64,000 bases of DNA from an uncultured Poribacteria bacterium (GCA_951813565.1 OX638351.1:1792001-1856000); one strand, 5' to 3'. Shown: positions 1 through 10,736, counted from the stretch's first letter. Made by a program: numbers and translations. The notes: a model not told the origin generated them from the sequence alone.

Positions 1-880
1 ATCCCAAATTATCTTCAAGTTGTTCCATCGTGCGAGGACCGATAATGACAGAAGTAATGGTTGGATTTGCTAACACCCATGCTAATGCGAATTGTGTTAG
101 TGTTTTGCCGTGCGCTTCTGCCAAGGGCATCAACTTTTGTGCCACTTCAAAACTTTCTTGGCGAAGTTCGGTTTGTAATATTCGCCTATCTTTGCGTGCT
201 GCCCTTGAGCCTTTAGGTGGCTTTTTCCCAGGCAAATATTTACCGGACAACACGCCACGCGCCAGTGGACTATAAGGCACTACACCGACACCGTACTTTT
301 GACAAAACGGAAGTAGTTCTACCTCAACGTCACGATTCACAATGTTATAAAGTGGTTGAACACAAACAAATTCCTCTAATCCTTGTTGCTTGCTTGTCCA
401 GAGTGCTTCACAAACTCGCCATGCTTCAAAGTTGGAACAAGCAATGTAGCGAACCTTCCCCTGCCGCACACAATCGCCAAGTGCACGTAGAGATTCCGAA
501 ATTCGCGTGGATGCGTCCCAACGGTGTAAATAATAGACATCAATATGGTCAGTGCCGAGGCGTTTAAGGCTCGCTTCAACTGCAGACATAATGTGAAATC
601 GGTGAGAGCCACTTTCGTTGACATCATCACCCATTGTGCCGTGAACTTTCGTGGCAATGACCCACTTTTCTCGGTTTTCACGAACTGCCTTACCGATGAC
701 CCGTTCGGATTCGCCTGCGTTGTAGACATTGGCTGTATCAAGAAAGTTAATACCTGCGTCCATCGCTTGGTGGATGATGCGGATGGAATCCTTTTCGTTT
801 GTTGGCCCGCCAAACATCATCGTACCGAGGCAGAGCGGTGATACCTTTACACCTGCATGTCCAAGTGTCCTATAGTCCAT
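1..880 (-). CDS. Aldo/keto reductase (3' end runs off the window)
   Basis: Manual translation from ATG at 880: MDYRTLGHAGVKVSPLCLGTMMFGG...AMDAGINFLDTANVY, the AKR N-terminal signature. Absent from the ORF track because no stop lies in the window. Confidence 0.9.
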   Translation of the reverse strand, partial: MDYRTLGHAGVKVSPLCLGTMMFGGPTNEKDSIRIIHQAMDAGINFLDTANVYNAGESERVIGKAVRENREKWVIATKVHGTMGDDVNESGSHRFHIMSAVEASLKRLGTDHIDVYYLHRWDASTRISESLRALGDCVRQGKVRYIACSNFEAWRVCEALWTSKQQGLEEFVCVQPLYNIVNRDVEVELLPFCQKYGVGVVPYSPLARGVLSGKYLPGKKPPKGSRAARKDRRILQTELRQESFEVAQKLMPLAEAHGKTLTQFALAWVLANPTITSVIIGPRTMEQLEDNLG

Positions 881-903
881 ATCCGATTTCCTTTCCAAAT
901 TTG

Positions 904-1635
904 TTATGCCATCCGAATACCGCCATTAACGTCAAGTGTTGCACCAGTGATATACTGTCCCTCTTCCGAAGCGAGAAAAAGAATAACATTCGCGACCTCT
1001 GAGGGGTCTGCGACGCGTCCAAGTGGAATCTGGTCTGTCATATCTGGGTGGTTTTTCGCCATCTCTGTTGCTGCGATCCCTGGTGCAATAGAGTTTACCG
1101 TAATGCCGTACTCGCCTAAAACCCTTGCGAGCGATTTTGTCAGGCACATCACACCCGCTTTTGAAGCGGAATAAGGCGCAGATGCAACCAAGCCTCCCAC
1201 CTGTCCTGCTAACGAACCGAGATTAATGATACGCCCAAACCCTTGTACTTTCATCGTCTTCATAACCGCCTGTGAGCAGAGAAAAGGACCTTTGAGATTC
1301 ACAGCCATCATCCTATCCCACTCCACTTCGGTGCACGCGTCTATACGGGTATAACTAAAAATGCCCGCGTTGTTCACTAAAATATCGATTCGCCCAAATT
1401 CTTCAAGTGTTTTGTTTACCATTGCACACACGGATTCACCATTAGCAACATCCGTTTCAATCACGACACATCGCCTATCAAGTGCGGTTATCTCTTTTGA
1501 AACCGCCTCAGCATTCGTCATATTTACTTCGGGAACGACAATATCCGCCCCTTCTCGTGCGAACGCGAGACATGTCGCTTTCCCAATGCCGCCGCCACCA
1601 CCTGTCACAATCGCAACGCGTCCTTTCAACCGCAT
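904..1635 (-). CDS. SDR family oxidoreductase (FabG-like)
   Basis: TGGGGGIG, NNAG, YSASK motifs and C-terminal DVNGG. Confidence 0.92.
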   Translation of the reverse strand: MRLKGRVAIVTGGGGGIGKATCLAFAREGADIVVPEVNMTNAEAVSKEITALDRRCVVIETDVANGESVCAMVNKTLEEFGRIDILVNNAGIFSYTRIDACTEVEWDRMMAVNLKGPFLCSQAVMKTMKVQGFGRIINLGSLAGQVGGLVASAPYSASKAGVMCLTKSLARVLGEYGITVNSIAPGIAATEMAKNHPDMTDQIPLGRVADPSEVANVILFLASEEGQYITGATLDVNGGIRMA

Positions 1636-1808
1636 CTATGTTTCTCCTTTGCCAATTTTTATTATAGCGAGTGCAGGCTAATTTGAAACTCTCCCTACGC
1701 TCTTTTTGCTTGCAAAGCTATTGTAATTATTGTAACATGTGAACATTATCACACGTATTCTGTAAAAAGTCAACATCTGGCACAATCGAAAAGGTAAAGG
1801 TTTAAATC

Positions 1809-2819
1809 ATGAAAACAACTGTATTTTGGAATCTGCTAAAGTTTCTTTTCGTGTTAAGTCTTATCTGTAACTTTGTTTCTACAACATCCGCACAAAATTA
1901 TTATCCCGCTACTATAGGTAACGATTGGATTTTAGAGAGGACCGATGGCGAGGAAAGACGTACTTATTCACTTGAGAAACCCAAAGACATTGCAGATCAA
2001 GAATTTATCCTCCTTAAAATTGAAACTGAGAATATCAGAAATAACAAGGTTATTGATACAGACAAGTACTTTTTGACGACTGACGATGAAAGGATCAAAC
2101 TCCATAAAACTGTCTTAGAGCAAGCTATTGGTGCTACTGTGACAACTGTGGCAGCGAATTTTCCAACACCTGCTACTTTTTTTCCTAAAGTATTAGTGCA
2201 AGGAGATAAGTGGGATATAGTGGCGGATGCAACGATCTTGGAAATCCCTATAAAAAGCACCACCAATTTAGAGGTTGTTGGATTTGAGGACGTTGTAACA
2301 CCAGCAGGAACATTCCAGAACTGTGCTAAAATTGAGCTGAAAGTGGCAGTTACAAGTGCGGTTATTAACCTCCAACCAACAACATCCTACCAATGGTTAG
2401 CACCTAATGTCGGTCCTATCAAATTTGAAGCTGACAATGGTAATGTTTTTGAGGCAATTAGCTTCAAACTGTTCCCGCCACCTGTGAAAGAAGCCCAAAA
2501 TCCTCCCGTGTGGCAACTACCGTCTCAGGAGTTTCAATTCACCGGTTCGCGTCTCGGTGGAATACTCAATGCCAAGATACTTGAAAATGTTGAAGATTAT
2601 GCATCGGAAGTGGGAAATTTAGGTATAGTAGCTGTGACTGGCGGAATTGTTCCGCTTGGCGATGGCACTGGTTTTGCAACAAACTTGCAAGGGAAACAAG
2701 ATCTATGGGCTGCTGGAATCTATGGGAATGCACCTATCATCGGGACAATAACGCTTTTTGCAGAAAACAGTAAAGGCAGATCTACAGTAACTATTGAAGT
2801 AACTATTGATATTAGGTAA
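1809..2819 (+). CDS. Secreted hypothetical protein; N-terminal domain paralogous to 3215..5002
   Basis: Signal peptide ending SAQNYYP; VTPAGTFQNC...YQWLAPNVGPIK shared with the neighbouring gene. Confidence 0.8.
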   Translation: MKTTVFWNLLKFLFVLSLICNFVSTTSAQNYYPATIGNDWILERTDGEERRTYSLEKPKDIADQEFILLKIETENIRNNKVIDTDKYFLTTDDERIKLHKTVLEQAIGATVTTVAANFPTPATFFPKVLVQGDKWDIVADATILEIPIKSTTNLEVVGFEDVVTPAGTFQNCAKIELKVAVTSAVINLQPTTSYQWLAPNVGPIKFEADNGNVFEAISFKLFPPPVKEAQNPPVWQLPSQEFQFTGSRLGGILNAKILENVEDYASEVGNLGIVAVTGGIVPLGDGTGFATNLQGKQDLWAAGIYGNAPIIGTITLFAENSKGRSTVTIEVTIDIR

Positions 2820-2971
2820 CCCAATGTGGTATAAAGAGAGTAGATAGCGATGGAACTGTCAAATATCTTGGATTGGTGATCATTGCACAAAATTTCAGCA
2901 ATTCATCTTGAAAAGATATTTATGAATTTGACAAAATGTGACCACTAACATACATCGTTTGGAAAGTCAAT

Positions 2972-3154
2972 ATGGTAACTTGGAAAGTGGTATTAGTTGT
3001 GATCGGCATCGGTATTCTGCTTATAGCAATCGGTATGTGGTTAGGATATCGATACATATCGGAACAGGACGAAATTCTCCCAAACGCACAACATAAACCT
3101 TCTAACATGGAACCCCATTCACACTTATACACCTACCAACAAAAAATGTGCTGA
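2972..3154 (+). CDS. Small single-TM hypothetical protein
   Basis: Hydrophobic N-terminal helix, 60 aa. Confidence 0.4.
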   Translation: MVTWKVVLVVIGIGILLIAIGMWLGYRYISEQDEILPNAQHKPSNMEPHSHLYTYQQKMC

Positions 3155-3214
3155 TATGGTGTTCTCTTTTCTAACATTGATCAAATTGTATTCTTGAAAA
3201 AGGAGATATAAATT

Positions 3215-5002
3215 ATGAAAATTACCAAACCTATGTCTTGGCTGAAACCGATCTTGGTGTTAAGTCTTGTATGTAGTTTCGCGCTTACAGCCACAGCACA
3301 GGATTATTATCCCACAACTATCGGTAATACGTGGGTTTTCCTTAGTGCCGATGGTGCTGAGAGACGCACCTATTCGATTGAGGAATCCGATACCGCAACC
3401 GATGCGGAAGCAGGAATCTTTATCCTGAAAATCGTTACAGAGACTCTTGGGACAGAGACGGTTGATACCGACATATATTATATTTCTGATGATGCCGGCG
3501 ATCTGAAACTTCATCGTACAAAACTGGAAGAAGGCGCATTCGGTATCGCAGCAGCAATGCTTGATCCGCCTGCTCTTTTCTTTCCGGCAGATTTACCAGT
3601 CGGACGTACATGGGATATCGTGACGGTAGCAGAACTCGATCTGGTTGGTACAGCAACAACTACAAGTACTATAGAAGTTGTAGATTCTGAGGTACTTGAA
3701 ACCCCGGCTGGAACATTTGAAAACTGCGTCAAACTTGAGATACGGCGAAAATCCGTCACGGCACTTGCAGTTATCCGAACAACTTCTTACCAATGGTTGG
3801 CACCTGATGTCGGCCCCGTCAAATATGAGGACGATCAGGGCATTGTGTATCAATTGCAAAGTTATAACTTAATTGAGGCAACCCCTGAAGAACCTATGAT
3901 GGAAACGCCTGCAGAACCTGAGACCCCTGAAGTGCCTGTGGTAGAAACGCCTACAGAACCGATAGTAGAAACGCCTGCAGAACCTGAGACCCCTGAAGTG
4001 CCTGTGGTAGAAACGCCTGCAGAACCTATGGTGGAAACACCTGCAGAACCTATGGTAGAAACGCCTGAAGTAACCCCTGCCTTGCCCGAATCCAGTTTTG
4101 ATATTGCACTTGAGTCGGGATTAAACATGATCTCTATCCCACTGATGCCAGCAGAACCTTACACGGCAAAATCTCTTGCAGAAATGTTGGGTTCAACGGT
4201 TGTCATTAAGTTGGACGCAGCAACGCAGCATTTTGTAGGTTATTCCGCTGCTGAAGAAGGGGACGGTTTCGGAATTGATGGTAGCAGTGGTTATATCGTG
4301 AATACTCCTGCTGGTGGTGCTTTTACATTTACAGGTACGGCGTGGATGAACCAATCGGATGACGCAGCTGCTGCGCCTAAAGGCATTACTGCTAAGAGCG
4401 CGTGGGCATTTGTTCTCACAAGTGACTTGCAGAATAAAGAAACCGGTAAGACTTACACCGTTGTTGCCAAAAACCTCCGCACAGGGGTTATCACAACCCA
4501 GAAGGTTGCAAACGACAAAGGAAGCGTCTCTGCTGTCTGGGCAAATATGAATCGTAAAAGCGTTATTCAAGTTGGCGATAAACTTGAGGTTACGCTTCTT
4601 GATAAACGTGGCACTGTTGTATCTGGGCCTTTCCAACGCACTGTAACTACATCTGATATCCATAATGCCTATCTAAGTGTACAGATGCGGGTTGGAGATG
4701 TACGCCCTAAGGAAACTATTCTTGGTCAGAACTTCCCGAATCCGTTCAACCCAGAAACTTGGATACCTTATCAGTTGAGTCGCGATTCCAACGTAACAAT
4801 TCAGATTTATAATGTTTCTGGTAGTGCGATTCGGACGCTAAACTTAGGTCATAAGTCGACTGGTTCATACATGACGGCTTCAACTGCAGCGTATTGGGAT
4901 GGTAAAAATGGCGTGGGTGAACATGTTTCAAGCGGTATCTATTTTTATACCCTTCAAACAAAGAATTTCTCTGCTACCCGCCGAATGGTAATCCTTAAGT
5001 AA
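3215..5002 (+). CDS. Secreted protein with Pro/Glu/Thr linker and C-terminal T9SS-A/FlgD-Ig-like sorting domain
   Basis: AAAGGAG RBS; signal peptide; ETPAEP repeats; LGQNFPNPFNPETWIPYQL...YWDGKN...SGIYFY...RRMVILK. Confidence 0.88.
   Translation: MKITKPMSWLKPILVLSLVCSFALTATAQDYYPTTIGNTWVFLSADGAERRTYSIEESDTATDAEAGIFILKIVTETLGTETVDTDIYYISDDAGDLKLHRTKLEEGAFGIAAAMLDPPALFFPADLPVGRTWDIVTVAELDLVGTATTTSTIEVVDSEVLETPAGTFENCVKLEIRRKSVTALAVIRTTSYQWLAPDVGPVKYEDDQGIVYQLQSYNLIEATPEEPMMETPAEPETPEVPVVETPTEPIVETPAEPETPEVPVVETPAEPMVETPAEPMVETPEVTPALPESSFDIALESGLNMISIPLMPAEPYTAKSLAEMLGSTVVIKLDAATQHFVGYSAAEEGDGFGIDGSSGYIVNTPAGGAFTFTGTAWMNQSDDAAAAPKGITAKSAWAFVLTSDLQNKETGKTYTVVAKNLRTGVITTQKVANDKGSVSAVWANMNRKSVIQVGDKLEVTLLDKRGTVVSGPFQRTVTTSDIHNAYLSVQMRVGDVRPKETILGQNFPNPFNPETWIPYQLSRDSNVTIQIYNVSGSAIRTLNLGHKSTGSYMTASTAAYWDGKNGVGEHVSSGIYFYTLQTKNFSATRRMVILK
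3895..4075 (+). repeat. Intragenic tandem repeats encoding (M/V)ETPAEP(ETPEVPVV)
   Basis: Repeated gaaacgcctgcagaacct units. Confidence 0.85.
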
Positions 5003-5210
5003 GCAAGTTACGAACTTGTTTTAGTAAAACGCCTTGATTTTGAAAGCAATCCGGTTATTTACAGATCGAACTGGGATGGCTAAATCAAGGCGTTTTCTTT
5101 TATAACCCAAGTTGCAACTTAGGTTATAATACATCACAAAAGAAGCAAATTGTCAAAAACGATTCTCTCAATTTCATAGTGTTTTTTTGCAAATTTACAA
5201 TTTAGATATA

Positions 5211-6035
5211 CTATACCGTCAACGTAACCGTATCCTGCTTCACAATCTCCTTGATATACCCATACGGTTCAGACGCTACCAATTCCAACGTCTCAGGGGA
5301 CAACCGATCCAAAATAGGTTGCGGTAGATTATGTGTGCCAGCGTATTGTGGAAAATACCGCAAAACGAGAAACCGTCGATCTCTATCCTTCGGTTTCCAG
5401 CGCAGCACCCCGTGCGTTAGCAACTCTGAGATAATCACAATATCCCCTGCTTTTGGTGTAATATTCACAAAAACAGGGTCCTCAATCGGATCAATACCAT
5501 CCGCTTCGTCAAGCATTAGCAGCTGCTTTGGACGTGAAAACTCACTCTTATGCGAACCGGGAATCACGATGAGTCCGCCATCACCCGGATAGACATCCGT
5601 AAAATAGGGAAAACAGACAAAGTTATCGCAGTAGATACGCCCGTTACTTGCTTCATAGCGGGTGCTATACCATCCGTAGTCATCGCGAGCGCAGTGTAGC
5701 CCACCCGGATTTATATGTGCGTTCTCTCCAACTTTCCATAAATCATGTCTATCATGCTTGAGCGAACCTCTACCAAACCGCGGTTGATTGTCGGTCAACT
5801 CTTTGATAATCGGCCATAGTGCAGTATGCATCGTCAAACATTCAAGCGATTTGTCAAAAGCGAACCCGTGTTGATGAAGTCCACGCTGTTCAAATCCCGG
5901 TGGCAATTCATCAGGCGGTGTGGTGATATATCTATCAACTGCCTCAGCAGCCTCCGCTAAGGCATCGCCAGTGATGACGTTTTTCAGGTGAAGATAGCCT
6001 GTTATATCAAATAGATAACGTTGTTTCGGTGTCAT
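5211..6035 (-). CDS. Phytanoyl-CoA dioxygenase (PhyH) family protein
   Basis: QRYLFDITGYL, GGLIVIPGSHKS, AGDIVIISELLTHG. Confidence 0.88.
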   Translation of the reverse strand: MTPKQRYLFDITGYLHLKNVITGDALAEAAEAVDRYITTPPDELPPGFEQRGLHQHGFAFDKSLECLTMHTALWPIIKELTDNQPRFGRGSLKHDRHDLWKVGENAHINPGGLHCARDDYGWYSTRYEASNGRIYCDNFVCFPYFTDVYPGDGGLIVIPGSHKSEFSRPKQLLMLDEADGIDPIEDPVFVNITPKAGDIVIISELLTHGVLRWKPKDRDRRFLVLRYFPQYAGTHNLPQPILDRLSPETLELVASEPYGYIKEIVKQDTVTLTV

Positions 6036-6086
6036 ATTTATGTTTTCCTTGTTGCAATCGAGAAATAGTTCCGCCTAGAGATAAAT

Positions 6087-6346
6087 GAGGGGTGTGCATA
6101 AATAATTCCGATGTTAAATATGCGCTTAAAGGTAGTCCGCACACGCCGTGGGTTTCCGTCCACAAGTTCAAAGAGGCGCAGCATGCCACACGGGGAATGC
6201 CATAAGGCATTCATACCGTTGATTTGGCGTATGCTGCGTTGATTTGGCAATGAATTGCGCGACTACAAACGCATTTCTATAAATCAAGCGGCACCTGGCG
6301 TCTGTCCCTGTCTGTGTTGATGCGCCAATATTTATGCACACCCCTC
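6087..6346. mobile_element. 260-bp MITE with GAGGG-type terminal inverted repeats and 8-bp TSD
   Basis: GAGGGGTGTGCATAAATA / TATTTATGCACACCCCTC ends; AGATAAAT duplicated at 6079-6086 and 6347-6354; inverted homologue at 15328-15587. Confidence 0.85.
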
Positions 6347-6356
6347 AGATAAATTA

Positions 6357-6457
6357 TACCATTTCTATATGATAATAGGAAATTATTTGTAGGTCGGGTT
6401 TCGCAAACTCTACCCGACCTACAATATGTTATGGCAATTTGTCAATTAGAAATGGTA
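6357..6457. mobile_element. 101-bp MITE with IS630-like ends
   Basis: TACCATTTCTA...TAGAAATGGTA flanked by TTA on both sides; internal GTAGGTCGGGT...ACCCGACCTAC palindrome. Confidence 0.8.
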
Positions 6458-6465
6458 TTAGATAC

Positions 6466-7359
6466 TTACAACGACATATTAAAATCTGTTCCTGTCACAT
6501 TACCTTTCACAAAAGCATCACGGAAAAGTGTTTGACGTTTCGGTGGCATTGTTTCAAGCAACGCTTGCGGCGGTTGTGAGAGCGACCACCGTTTGTCAAC
6601 CGAGTTATATGCATTGAAAATTGCGACTCGGTCAGTATCGGGGTTTTGCCACGCTTGACCGCTATGTGTAATCGCCTCTGTGAAAATAATGACAGACCCT
6701 GCAGGACAAGAATAGGTATCCCAAAACTCCCATTCTTGTGTCCGTGCCACCTCTGGGGCAGTATAAGCGGCTTTGTGGCTACCAGTAATGAACATCGTAC
6801 CTCCGGCCCCTTTCTCCACTGGGTTAAGTTCCCATACGACGCGCGTCAAACCGCTATATGCTTGTCCGGGTAAACATTGGTATTGATGGCAATCACCCGG
6901 CATCCTAAACATGCCGTTACCGTTATGCGGACCAAATGCGAAGGGCGGATCGTCCGATTCAGAACGCAACGCCATAAAACTCATCTCCATCCGAAACCCA
7001 TAGCAATTTTCTGATGTGAGGTAGGGTGATGCGAGGAATTCGTTGCCAAATGCCACAACAGCAGGATGGTCTATAAGTGTTTCCAGTGGACCGCCGTAGG
7101 TATTGCGGTGGTATTCAGGGGTAATTGTTTCGGGAGCCTGTTTTAACCGATAGCAGAAATCTTGCATCTCCTCTATCTCCGAATCCGTCAGCACGCCCGG
7201 AATTAAGAGCCATCCGTTTTTATCAAAAAGGTATTTCTGTTCCTGAGTCAAAGGGACGATGGGTTTGCCATCAGCGTTTGTTGTCGTAATGTCGCAAGCA
7301 TTTGTTGCCATAGGGTTGCCGAAATCTTTGTTAAATCTAATGCCTATCTGTTCTGCCAT
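6466..7359 (-). CDS. PhyH family dioxygenase
   Basis: QKYLFDKNGWL, GGTMFITGSHKA, AGSVIIFTEAITH. Confidence 0.85.
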   Translation of the reverse strand: MAEQIGIRFNKDFGNPMATNACDITTTNADGKPIVPLTQEQKYLFDKNGWLLIPGVLTDSEIEEMQDFCYRLKQAPETITPEYHRNTYGGPLETLIDHPAVVAFGNEFLASPYLTSENCYGFRMEMSFMALRSESDDPPFAFGPHNGNGMFRMPGDCHQYQCLPGQAYSGLTRVVWELNPVEKGAGGTMFITGSHKAAYTAPEVARTQEWEFWDTYSCPAGSVIIFTEAITHSGQAWQNPDTDRVAIFNAYNSVDKRWSLSQPPQALLETMPPKRQTLFRDAFVKGNVTGTDFNMSL

Positions 7360-7454
7360 AAATCTATTCCTCTCTTGTAGGAGAAAATCAACCTCAAATA
7401 CGTATTTGGCATTTGTTGGGTTGCTTGCTTTACTCCATAGGTGTTAACTTAGCG

Positions 7455-7535
7455 TTGATTTAAAGGTAGCAGGCATACTCCGTATGCCGTCCGCCTTAGC
7501 TTGTTTACGGCACACGGAGTGTGCCTACTACTTTT
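7455..7535. repeat. REP-like palindromic doublet
   Basis: GTAGCAGGCATACTCCGTATGCCGT...ACGGCACACGGAGTGTGCCTACTAC; inverted homologue at about 20302-20395. Confidence 0.7.
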
Positions 7536-7611
7536 AAACGCACATATAAATCGGTTATTTATGAACCCCTTAACAAACTATAGGTAGAACCTTTCCGATC
7601 CAATATGAATC

Positions 7612-8610
7612 TTAACGGATACGCCCACCCGTAAAATAGTCCGGATTTGCTCCCATCTTTTCTAAAAGCGGTGTTGTCAATTTGTCAAGACTTTCAATCA
7701 CATCAGCAGACGGTGTCCATTCAATAACACGCAAGTTTTCTGTCAATTCATTAACATTTCGGGTGCCGACAAGCATACAAGTAATTCCCGGTTTTGCCAT
7801 TGCCCAAGCAATTGCAAGCCGACTCATCGGAATCTGTTCATGCTCTGCGATTTTTCTGATGTCTTCCAGTGTCTTAAACACCTCTTCCTCCGCGCCTTCC
7901 TCACCGTGTGTTGCCATAGGTCGATCATCCCGAAAATGACGAAAACGAGAATGCACTGGTAGCATCTCATCTGCAGTCTTATATTTACCTGTCAATAGAC
8001 CTTGCAGTAGCGGCATATACCCCAAAATTCCGATGTTGTGTTCTTGGCACAACGGCAAGAGTTCAATTTCAATTGCGCGAGATAAAAGGTTATAACAGAG
8101 TTGGTTCACAGCAAGTTCCGTTCCTGTCCCAAGTGCCGCTGTTAGTTGCGCTACACCGAAATTGCTCACACCAATAGCACGAATAAGTCCATCTTCTTGC
8201 AAACGTGTTAATTCTGCCATGCTTTCATCAATAGGAAACTCATCGTGGGGCCAATGAATCATGTAGATGTCAACGTAATCTGTTTGTAATCTTTGCAGAC
8301 TTGCTTCGCAGCGTTCACGTATCGTGGCTGGATCCGGTGTACTTACCTTTGTGCCGATGACCGCCTCGTGTCGTCTACCTTTCAACGCGACACCGAGTGC
8401 CTCCTCGCTTCGTCCGTGGTTATATCCCTCTGCCGTATCAAAGAAGTTGATACCAGCATCTAATGCTGCATGCGCTACAGCGGTAACGTCCGATTGCGCC
8501 TGCGGTCCCCAATAATCGCCACCACCATACGACCAACACCCGATCCCCATCGGTGAAATCTCAATACCAGATTTACCACACACCAGCATCTCCATTTTCA
8601 ATCTCCACAT
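7612..8610 (-). CDS. Aldo/keto reductase
   Basis: GINFFDTAEGY, SLQRLQTDYVDIYMIHWP, IGVSNF. Confidence 0.93.
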   Translation of the reverse strand: MWRLKMEMLVCGKSGIEISPMGIGCWSYGGGDYWGPQAQSDVTAVAHAALDAGINFFDTAEGYNHGRSEEALGVALKGRRHEAVIGTKVSTPDPATIRERCEASLQRLQTDYVDIYMIHWPHDEFPIDESMAELTRLQEDGLIRAIGVSNFGVAQLTAALGTGTELAVNQLCYNLLSRAIEIELLPLCQEHNIGILGYMPLLQGLLTGKYKTADEMLPVHSRFRHFRDDRPMATHGEEGAEEEVFKTLEDIRKIAEHEQIPMSRLAIAWAMAKPGITCMLVGTRNVNELTENLRVIEWTPSADVIESLDKLTTPLLEKMGANPDYFTGGRIR

Positions 8611-8638
8611 TTATAAGCAAGACAGACAATCATACGAT

Positions 8639-9478
8639 TTAACCTAATTCCTCACAAAGTTCGGAAACCAACACAGCGTTTTCACCAATCTGGTCACCAA
8701 ATTGTTGATACATACCGAGCAGGAACACATCAATCGGTTTAGAATTCTCTAAAGCGAATTTTACTTCCTCACGTATTTGCTGCGGACTTCCGATTGTCCT
8801 GCCTGCTGCAAGCACTTTGAAGATGATGCACGGTTTATCTGTGCGTTGTATCGCCTTGCTCATCTCATCGCGGTCTTCGCGTGCATAGATTTCACCTAAA
8901 GGCGCGTAGCCGAATTTCTCTCTAAACTTTTCACTGCCGCCGTGTAGGTTATAGAGTGCAGTCATATAATAGTCTATATCCCACCCTTCGTCTTCAGCGA
9001 TATGCACAAGTTTCGGGTCATGCACCGATAAACCGACAAGATTACCGGTATCGCGAATGCGTTTGAGAATATCCTGCAACAGATCAAACTTGTTTTCCCG
9101 TAGACAACGTTGCCCTACGCCACCACCGTGTGGTGCCATACCGATCGGATTGTGTTTTGCATCTTCAAAAACTTGGTCAGGTTCCTCGTACCAAACAGAA
9201 CTCCAGCTAAGACAGAACCAATTCATTGTACCACCCGAATCGCGGTAAAGCTGTAGGTCGGACATTGAGCGTTCCGTAACGCTATTCTGCCAACCATTTA
9301 TCCCGACTTCCTCTGCTCGTTTGAGTGTTGCTACAACCCGTTCCGGCGTATGATATTCCTTTTGATGCTGTGAAAGCAGTTGATTGAAGTGAGAATAGCC
9401 GTAAATTGGATTATCTCCAATCAACAACTTACTGATTTGATGATTACAAAATGAGACTTTTGGTAAGGTAGTTTCCAC
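8639..9478 (-). CDS. Hypothetical protein, AKR-like TIM barrel
   Basis: ISKLLIGDNPIYGYSH, KPCIIFKVLAAGR; probable GTG start at 9478 after GGAGG. Confidence 0.7.
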   Translation of the reverse strand: METTLPKVSFCNHQISKLLIGDNPIYGYSHFNQLLSQHQKEYHTPERVVATLKRAEEVGINGWQNSVTERSMSDLQLYRDSGGTMNWFCLSWSSVWYEEPDQVFEDAKHNPIGMAPHGGGVGQRCLRENKFDLLQDILKRIRDTGNLVGLSVHDPKLVHIAEDEGWDIDYYMTALYNLHGGSEKFREKFGYAPLGEIYAREDRDEMSKAIQRTDKPCIIFKVLAAGRTIGSPQQIREEVKFALENSKPIDVFLLGMYQQFGDQIGENAVLVSELCEELG

Positions 9479-9502
9479 TGTTTTCCTCCAAGTAAAACAC
9501 AT

Positions 9503-10573
9503 CTAACCAAACAGAAATCCTTCCAGAACAGATGTGTCAATTTCACGTACAAGATGCATCGTCAAATCCAACGCTGCATTGTAGTCATCAATGTTAATAA
9601 TTGAGACATGACTATGGATATATCGTGATGGCACACCGAGCACTACGGAAGGCACACCTCTACCGAATTGATGAATTGCACCTCCATCTGTTCCGCCAGA
9701 TTGACGCACCCCAAGTTGATACGGTATTTCATGTTTCTTTGCCGTTTCAATCACAAAATCAGCCAACATCGGATTAACAATCATTGAAGAATCAATTATC
9801 CGAATTTGTACACCCTCGCCCAGTTTCCCTTGCGAATTTCCAACACTTAATCCTGGTGTATCATCGCCAGGTGGTCCCTCAAGCACAATAGCGAGGTCAG
9901 GTTCTACACTTGCTACCATCGTCTTCGCACCTCGCAATCCTATCTCTTCTTGCACACTTCCTGCACCGATCACGGTGTTCGGATGCTCTTCAAGCCGCAA
10001 AAGTGCTTCTATCACAAGGGCAACACCAACGCGATTATCAAACGCTTTAGCAGTGAGTAATTTCTCATTTTTCAACCGCATAAAGGGTCCGTAAGGCGCA
10101 ATCGGGCATCCGGTTACTATACCATACTCTTCCACCGCCTGTTCTTCGTTTTCCGCACCGACATCAATAAAAAGGTCTTTTACGTCTAAAACTTTATCAC
10201 GTGATCCTGAAAGTAGATGTGGTGGTGTTGACCCGATAACGCCCGGTACTTTGCCCAATTTCGTTGTGATATTAACGCGTTGCGCTAATAATGTGTGCGC
10301 CCACCATCCGCCAAGTGGCAGGAACTTGACAAATCCATTATCCGTGACGTTTTGCACAACAAAACCGATTTCGTCCAAATGTGAATCAAGCACGATCCTC
10401 GGAGTTTCAGCACTTCCAGCACGCGTACAGAAAATACTCCCCAGTCTGTCCGTTTCAATTGGACCGACATCAGCGACAGCGTCACGAAAAATATCTCGGA
10501 CTTCTGCCTCATAACCAGGGATTCCGTCTGCTTGTGTTAGGGATTTAAGTAGTTCAATTGAGGTCTCATTCAT
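9503..10573 (-). CDS. M42 family aminopeptidase
   Basis: SHLDEIG, KAFDNRVG, VQEEIGLRGA, GGTDGG, RYIHS. Confidence 0.95.
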   Translation of the reverse strand: MNETSIELLKSLTQADGIPGYEAEVRDIFRDAVADVGPIETDRLGSIFCTRAGSAETPRIVLDSHLDEIGFVVQNVTDNGFVKFLPLGGWWAHTLLAQRVNITTKLGKVPGVIGSTPPHLLSGSRDKVLDVKDLFIDVGAENEEQAVEEYGIVTGCPIAPYGPFMRLKNEKLLTAKAFDNRVGVALVIEALLRLEEHPNTVIGAGSVQEEIGLRGAKTMVASVEPDLAIVLEGPPGDDTPGLSVGNSQGKLGEGVQIRIIDSSMIVNPMLADFVIETAKKHEIPYQLGVRQSGGTDGGAIHQFGRGVPSVVLGVPSRYIHSHVSIINIDDYNAALDLTMHLVREIDTSVLEGFLFG

Positions 10574-10675
10574 CGTTGCATTCCTTGAGTATTCGTGTTA
10601 TAATTTAGTGAGATTATAACACGAATCTGGTTTTGTACCAACTTTTAAGTGGACTTCGTATCCGACATAAACTTA

Positions 10676-10736
10676 TTTTCCTTATTAACGTTTAGAGGCG
10701 TAAACGTTAATAACGCTTTTCCTTATTAACGTTTAG
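10676..10736. repeat. 20-bp direct repeat combined with a 13-bp perfect hairpin
   Basis: TTTTCCTTATTAACGTTTAG at 10676 and 10717; TTATTAACGTTTA-GAGGCG-TAAACGTTAATAA at 10682-10713. Confidence 0.7.
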
